A stretch of 64,000 nt of DNA from Mytilus trossulus. Taxonomy: Eukaryota. Of the stretch, positions 52,536 through 61,500 are shown one piece after another. The number at the start of each line of letters is the position of its first letter. The first letter of the stretch is position 1. Position numbers and translations under genes: made by a program. The DNA lies in assembly GCF_036588685.1 (NCBI RefSeq), contig NC_086373.1, positions 110,918,001 through 110,982,000 on the forward strand. Reading direction: 5' to 3'. Under the pieces are notes generated by a model, which was not told the DNA's origin, did no database searches, and saw nothing but the letters and a program-made list of their open reading frames with translations.

Positions 52536-55500
52536 GAATGATTGTATAATAAAAACTATAAAACAAATTCCCATGGCCGAAACGTATATATATATAACTC
52601 GTCTAAACATCAACCCAACAATGTTAGATCTGTAAATTTGCTTTCGCAAATTTTTGGTTCTTCCCTCGCCGGGATTCGAACCCATGCTACTGTGATATCG
52701 TGACACCAAATCGCCTGCACTGCAGCCGTCCCGCTAGAACACACGACCACCTGGGCTCTCAATTTTAAAAGAGCTTTCGGTGGCCATATGTTACCTTTCC
52801 ACGTCAGTTTTAATCTAGCAGCGTACTACAATACATGATATATAAGGCATGAAGATGTTATTGTTACAGATCAGCTAAATTATCTATAGTAAAGGATCCT
52901 ACAAATTAATGTAAGATACAGTCACAGAAAATAATTATATTCATAAGTACGTCTGAGTCAGTGACAACCCTACAACAGATGTATCCATCGGATCGCCATC
53001 AATGATGGTGATACATGGCTGTGTACATAATGTGTATATATATATATAAGAAAATTATTAAAAGATAATAATGGTTTCAATGCATCACTTTTTTACTGGT
53101 ACTTTCACTGCTTCCGCAGATCTTCAGGTAATGTGACTTGTATATAAATAAAACAATTGATTGACGTTAACAATAGTATGACGTTAACAAATACAAGGGA
53201 GACTACTAATCATAATGTCATTTTAGGACTTTAAAATGTTACGTTAAAATTAGAATATCATTTATCATTTAATCCCGGGTTGAGAATGTTTATGAATAAT
53301 TCTTCCTTCTTCCTCCGGAGAAAATAATTTTTACGATTGAACATATACAATGGAAATATTTTAAATCGTCCATTAAAACAACGATGGAAATGGTCGTTTG
53401 CCCTGATGAGTGTTAAATCTTCATGATTGGTTTGCTGTCTATGTAAAGTCATTCTAGTCCGCAGTTCATTTTTTGTCTCTCCAACATAGAATTCCTCACA
53501 ATTTGAACAAATGAGAGAATAGATGACGTTTGAACTTTTACAAGACATATTTTGCTTAACGGTAAATGCTTTCCATTTTTGAAATAAATTGAACTTACTT
53601 CTATTAAATTTGGACAAGTCAGACATCGTTTATCGGTACATTTTTTTACAATTGGCACAGTTCATGAAGTCAAATTTCGAAGATGTAAAATATCGTTTCA
53701 GACTTTTTGACTGTCTTTTGCTGTTGATAATCTTCTTTTTCTGTAAAACTTTGTCCATTCTTTCACTTTTGTGTAAATTTGTTTCAATTTGTCGCATGAA
53801 ACTAAATGTGTCATAATCTCGCGGATTATAAGTTGTGACAAACGGACTATTTTAAAAAAAATTGTTGGATGATTCCTCGGTAGCTTTGGATCGCCGTTAT
53901 TCTGTAGCAATGGGTCCTTTTGTCAGTGCTTTTTGAATTCCGTAATTTATTACTTGTTCCGGGTAGTGTTGCTTCTTTAAATACGATTTTAATTCTTCCA
54001 CTCTTTTATTGCATAAATATGTCTATACTTGTAATAGTGATTATTCTTGACGCTAGATTAAAAGGTATATTTAATTTTACATGTTTTGGATGATTTGAGT
54101 AAAAAATTAAATACATATGTGTATCAGTGTCTTTTGAGAAGATATCTGTGACAATTTCATTGTCTTCCGTTATAATAACCAAAATATCCAAAAACGGCAT
54201 TCTCCTGACATTTCTGTTAATAGTGAAACGAATATATGGATTTAAGTATTTAAACCAGAATATATATATGTTACAGGCGTTTTCTAAATTTAGGCATTTT
54301 GTAAAAGGACTGAATTGTCAGGCATTTTGTATAATGCCTAACCTTGATATACATTATTAAAAATGACTTAAAATACCTAGTCATTTTGTAAAATGACTGA
54401 AAGGAGTAGGGGCAATTAGACCCTTGTTTGGCTCCAAAATTACTTCAAATTTAAAAGTAATCATATATATTTTTAAATTACTGAAAACTTGAATAAGGTA
54501 TAAGGTTTTCAGAAAAACAAAACTAATTTGTCAGTGACGAGGTTACCATGGCAACAAATTATGACTTACGTTGCAAATTTTCTATTTTGTTTGTGATTTT
54601 CCTCGTTATTTCATCAAATTTAAAGTATATCTTAGATTGAAAAAGTGTGTGCGCACCTCAGAAACAACTTATATTTGGTGAGATTATTTCAAAAGTTATA
54701 TCAAAGCTTTTGTTAAATTATTTTCTTGTTTCTTGGCTGAGCCACAATAGAAATAAAGATAGAAAACTGCATAAATTCTGTATTTTTCATCCTTTTTGAG
54801 AAAACAGTACATATAATGACATAATTGTGACGTCATAAAAAATAAATCTTTTTCATTCATATTACCTGATCCTATAAAAAAGAAGATGTGGTATGATTGC
54901 CAATGAGACCAAAATGTCTATCCACAATAGACCAAAATGACACAAACATTAACAACTCTACATTTCTAAACATTATGTACCAACTTGAAATAGCTATCAA
55001 ACATTTTATTTTCATGGGCCAAAATCAGGCCTCAATGTCCCTACTCCTTTTGAAGCAGATGTAGCCGTATATCTGATTGAGCAGAATGATATCACATTCA
55101 AGTTTGAGTAGCGGTTTACCTCATTGAATATGTTCCACAGATTTAAATATTTAAATTCAGGCAACATTTGCATGATTTGACCCTAGATTGCTAAATGTTA
55201 ATATTTTGTTTAACATATATATTTTAGAATTGACCTTTTTTGTTTTATGGTAGACATTTTTGTTGTATTTTTATTTCAGTATTTTATCTTTGTTTAATTA
55301 CCATGCTGAATATAAAGCGCCTAAGAGTATTGTTTTATAAATGGCGCTTTATACATTTAATATTATTATCATTATGATTATCTCACCGTTTTGAACGTAT
55401 GCCAATGAAAATGATATTTTTCAGACTTACTAACTGTTACCATTCCACAATCAGCATACAGTGTTTTGATCGGTCAACAGGTAACCATACCTTGTAATGT

Positions 55501-58500
55501 TACCGGAACTCCTATTCAGACTAACGTGTTCTGGAGAAAAGTGGTCAATGGTGTTCAAACTAACGTAGATATAAATGGTAACAGTAGATATTCTGGAGGT
55601 ACCACCTCAAGTCCATCGTTGACAATAACCAACACTCAGAGATCAGATGAGGGAATATACTTGTGCTATGCTTCAAACAATATTGGGACATCAAACAGTC
55701 AAAATACATTTCTAGACGCTACTGGGGGTATGTACAATCTGAGTTGAACATGTTTTAGTTAGTCAACTTTAATTCGAGTTTTGTTTACTAGTATATAAAC
55801 CATTCAATTCTACAGACATTCATTACAAGAATCTTCCAAAACACAATTTGATGAAATGTCAAAGTCTTAAATGTTATAATGAAATTCATAAGTTCGGTTT
55901 TTTATATACATGTTTTAACTTGACCATGGCGTCATTGTCTTTGAGCAGTTCACATTTATTTGATAAGTGTATACATTCTTAATAATAGGACTATCAACAA
56001 AACATCGATTATCAGTGTTTTAAGTAGGCGTGTGCACTTTTGTGAAAACAAAATCTAGATAAGGATTTAAAGGTCTTTATTGTTCAAGTGACACCAGGTC
56101 TTTGTTTTCTTCTCCCTTTCTAAGTGACCCCATTAAATTTGGTCGAAACATTAACTAGTTCCAATATCATTTTTTTAAAGAACGTCTGATTTGTCGTAAT
56201 CCAGAAAAAAAATGCTTTAGAAATATATGACACTGAATTTTGTGTACTAAACTTGTAATAATTATACGAGATCTCCTTCTGGGGGTAGAAGATATTTTAA
56301 AAAGTAGTCACTAGACGACTACTATCAATAAGCAATATATACTGACCAACTTTAGAAACGCAACTCTAGATTATTATTTGTTATTTTTGAATGAATGTGT
56401 CATCGTCAAAAGCAATGAATGCCTGTTAAAAAAACGCCAAAATGATTATCAGACAGGTCAACAAATTCTATCTGACGTGTTTTGGGTTCTGTTTGACACT
56501 TTCTGATTTTGCATTTGTTCAAACCATTAAGTTGGTTTTAGCAATTATGCGGTTGAAACTTAACGGCTTTAAAGGCTTTCCTTCAGTCGATTCTTAGGCA
56601 GTTCAGTTGATGGAAAACATTTATAGCATGAATTTGTGCGTATTGGCGTTCGGTAATTTGATAAGCAGTTGACGTTGCCGCCGTAAACATGTCTGGCAAA
56701 TGACGATTCATTATCCAATTATATTGACGTTGCATTGTCACTACACGTTGATCTGTTCGTTGATGGTCAGCAAAAAATCCTGTCTACTTGTGAAGTTTAT
56801 TTCCTGTTTGCAGTATTCCTATGGACTGATTCAGTTTTTTTATTCCTCAGTCTTGGCAATACAGAGATGCAACATTTTTTAAACTGATTTAAGGTAGATT
56901 CATGGTATACCGCCGTCTTGTAATGTACAATTACAGTACAACATCGGTCTAGTTATTTGCCTAAATCTGCAAATTTGGAGACAGATTTGCAAATCAATGG
57001 TTAAACTTTTTTTTTTTCTATTTAAAGAACACTTGTTAATTAATCGTATTATTCAAAGAAATATCAGTTTTTTTGGTTTTGAAATCATTTTTTTCAAATG
57101 AGCCATTCAAGCGGAGATAACGCTTTTAGCACAAAATTTATATTGGACTAATAAGGATTTTATTTTTTTTTACTTGTAGCAAGAAAACAAGTTCGGTGAC
57201 ACCATGTTTTCCTTTTTTCTTTTCTTAAAACATATTATGAAACCTTTCTTCTCAAAATTTATTTCAAAATTCTGTCTCATAGAATCTTTTTAATGCACAC
57301 GAATTTTTTTCATAAACAAACTAACCAAATTGTGGCAGTTTTCAATGATTCATAGCTTGATGACCCATATTTTTTATTAAATTTTTGAAAAGAGCATAGT
57401 AAAATCTTCATTTTGGCAAATTACAAAAAAAGTCTGTCTAAAAAAATATATACTTGTGATCTACCTTAAATGTGGCAATGGATTGAAAGAACTATTTCAC
57501 AACGCAAAAAAACTGAATCAATTTTATGGGTTCCAAATTCGCTTGAAGAAATTCGTGCCATTCCAAAAATTCTGTATGTTCACAGGTTAGTCAGATATTG
57601 ATTTTTTGTAAAGAGAAAGATATATGGTAAACATGAAAAGTAGTTGTTAGAGAATCAAAGAAGTTTTGGTAAAACAAATCAACAAAATGAGAGTTGCGTT
57701 TTGAAAGTCGTTCAGTATAGTAAAGGATAATATTCCTATTGTTGAAAATAATATTTATAAAAAAGAGATTTTTTTTTCTCACAAGTGTGGCACTATAAAA
57801 CCAATGGCTAAAGAGGAACTAATTTGTATTCAGTGCCTACTTGCAATGTTAACTAACTTGTTATGGATAGTTCTTTTATACAACTACGAACGTGGCTTTA
57901 ATTGAGAAAGAATTGTGTTTATGGTAGGTACTTACTTTTAGAAAGCCTAAACTCACAAATAAAATGGTTCTAAACAGTGTCCACTACTTTTGGTCCAATA
58001 TACTTAACGTTAGGTTAATTACAGCCAAACTATTAAAGTCTAATTAACTGGCCACAACACGATGACCACATGTTGCTGAATAAAAAAGCAATTGTCATAA
58101 ACGTGAACATCCCTTAAGCCAAAACATGTACATATAGAAAGTCACGTTTGTAGTTTAACAATAATACATACAATAATAAACTTTACGAATTATATATAAT
58201 AATTTTAACTCTTTCGATCACTGCATAGTGTTAAACATGTTCTCTCAAACTGCATGTCCTTTGATGTTGAAAGCATGCAACATAGTTGACATCAAACAAA
58301 AGTTTGCACCTTCCCGCAAAATTTCCGTCATTTGCGTCATTAAATTAGCAAGGTTTGTTTACTTTATAGAAAATATCTCCGCCACAAAAGCTTTTACATT
58401 CTAAAAATTAAAAATGTGTTCACACATTTATATAAAAACCATAAAAAGACATGCATTACTTGTTCACATAGTCAACGCTGTGCATGAAATGCTTTAATTC

Positions 58501-61500
58501 ATAAATAGCGTGCTGTAAATTACCTTAAATCTCCACCTAAGTACGTTAGAGTACATACGCTATAGCTTAAATGCTTGAAGTTGTAAATGGCGTGCTATAA
58601 CGTGCATAAAAAAAATCAACATAACAATGTGAGAGTAGATATAATTATTTGCTTCCGACAAGACCTGCTCCTGGAACCGGTACTGTTACTTTTCATTTCT
58701 GCGGTAACACTGCCAAACACTGCATACTTTAACTATAGCTTATAAAATTCAGAGAGGTTTAGAGAGGTGATTATATCTCTTAAGTATCAAACAAGGATAT
58801 CAGATTATTATCATAAAACACGGAGCATCTTTAGCGTAAAGAAATTAGCATCTACCCACCTGTTCAGTGTTATTACAGAATGCTAATATATTTTTAAAAT
58901 CATACAATATATTTTATGTTTGTTATATCATTATTTTATATCAAATATGAAAAGAGATCAATACAGGCAGGATGCATCCTCGGTCAAGAATGAGATATAT
59001 ACTTAAATTAATTGTTTGATTTTCTAAGCCCTTTTGAGATAGTTTAACGCTTGTTAATTTCTAATCATAACGAATCGGATCGAAAGGGTACCTCATAAAT
59101 ATACATAGTTCACGAAAAGATTGATTTTTACAATCATGCAAATTTACATTCTTCTTTATTTATGATTGTACAAGTTGGATAGATATATCAGTCAGAAGCT
59201 GGGAATAATATAGATTTTGACAATTGCAGATATACCAACTGTTAATATACAACCATCGTTATATAATGTCAATTATGGTAGTTCTGTTGTCCTTGTATGT
59301 TCCGTCACAGCAGATCCAGAACATACAAGAGTTTCATGGCGAAAGATAAAGAATGGCGTTACTACAGATATAAATGAAGTTAACAGTAACAACAAGTACA
59401 GTGGTTCCACGGTCAATAACCCGTCTCTACAAATAAATAACGTCAATTTTAATGACGAAGGACATTATGTTTGCTTTGCTTACAATAGTGTTGGCATCGG
59501 ACAAAGCACACAAACGTTCCTCGATGTCTTTGGAGGTAAATTACCAATGCCTTTAAGAAACAGTATATGTCTATGTGTTTTAAATTACTGTTTCAATTAT
59601 TTTAAATGTAACAAATAATTTGGAAATCAATGCACAATGTTGAGACTTTCATTTACAGATCATATTCATATATTTTTAAAAACAAATTTAGCATTTTATA
59701 TGTATGATCGTCAAAGTATTGAAGAATATAATAGTTTTTACATTTTGAACCGTGTGTCTCTAGTAACATTATATAATTATTTTTGTCAGATATTCCCGTG
59801 GTTACTTTACCTTCCAACGTCTATTCGGTACCGCTTAGCGGTACAGTCACATTGCAATGTACAGTTACCTCTAACCCATCCCATACCTCTGTCACGTGGC
59901 AAAGGATCGTTAGCGGCGTACTCACTACAGTTACAGTTGATGGATCCAGAATAATTGGTAGCACTGTCAGTACACCATCTCTTACTATCAGTAATGCTGT
60001 ATCTGGTGACGAGGGAAATTATATCTGTACTGCTACCAATATTGTGGGAACCGGATCCAGTCAACAGACATTCTTAGACGTCACAGGTGGTAAGATTCAT
60101 GTGTGCTTTGTTTTGTTGTATATGTGTAATTTTCGTCAATTCAAAACTCTGTTCTTGTCTAATTATCTTCTACCATTTATATTTTTGTTTAACCATATGA
60201 TATTAATGGAACTTCATTATATATGTTTTTCAGACATTCCTACAGTTATTGTTGGTCAGAATCTATACTACGGTAACTACGGACAAACTGTTACAATGAT
60301 ATGTACAGTACAAGCTAATCCAACAGAAACAAGTGTTTACTGGAGAAAACTAATAAACGGACAGATGACAAGTATAGATATGAACAATGTGCGATATACA
60401 GGTTCGACTGTAGGTTCACCCTCACTATCCATCAGTGTTTTGGAGTTGTCTGATGAAGGATACTACCAATGTTATGCCCAGAATATCGTGGGTACCGGAG
60501 GAAGTCAACAGATATTTTTAGATGTTATTGGAAGTAAGTAAACGAAGTAAGAATAGGTACCTATATATGTATTATACAAAACTATAAGTGTAGTGAATCC
60601 TAATGTTTGAGTGTAATTTTCTGTTGTAGTGATTCCTTATGTTTGAGTGTAATTTTCTGTTGTTCAAACAAAAAACTAAATTCGAAATGACAAGCTTCAG
60701 AATTCTGCATTTCGATAAAAAAAAATGACAAGCATCGTGATTATTTAAACAAAATGACAAGCCTTACATTACTTTTTATATGAAAGCAAGTTGTGAAAGA
60801 ACTTGATAGGAAAAATATTTACCATCAACACAAAGTTCTCTATTATCGAAAAAAAACAATAACCAAACATCAAAGCTGGGTCCATATTGGGTCAACAGTT
60901 GAAACAGGATTTTAAATCTCTATTATAACGTTATATTGGACTTCTATTTGAGAAGATAACATTAACTGTACCAATTTTCCTACACCATATGCGCATTTCG
61001 ACAGTACATGTATCTTCAGTGATGCTCGTGGCCAAAATATTTGAAATCCAAAGCTTATATAAAAGATAAAGAGCTATTATCCAAAAGGTCCCAAAAGTAT
61101 AGCCAAATTCGTGAAAGGAATCAGAGCCTTGTATGAGGGGGAGAAAAGGTGTTCGGTCTCATATATAATTTCATATATAGATTATAGAAATTTTTATGGA
61201 TAATTATATGTGTTGATAAAGTTTGAAGTTAAGTACAATTGTTATCATTGTTATAACAATCTATAAGTTGACTAATGATATGTTTATTCATCTTGTTACC
61301 CTCAAAGCAAGACCAGTGGTTACCATTCCCCATTCGCAGTATAGTGTTACTGTTGGTTTTTCCGTTACCATGGTTTGTACCGTATCATCCAATCCTCTTC
61401 ATACCTCAGTTTATTGGCAAAAAGTTGTAAATGGGGTATCGACGAACATCAATCTCTCTCAGACGAATAAATACTCGGGATCTACGATCTCATCACCATC

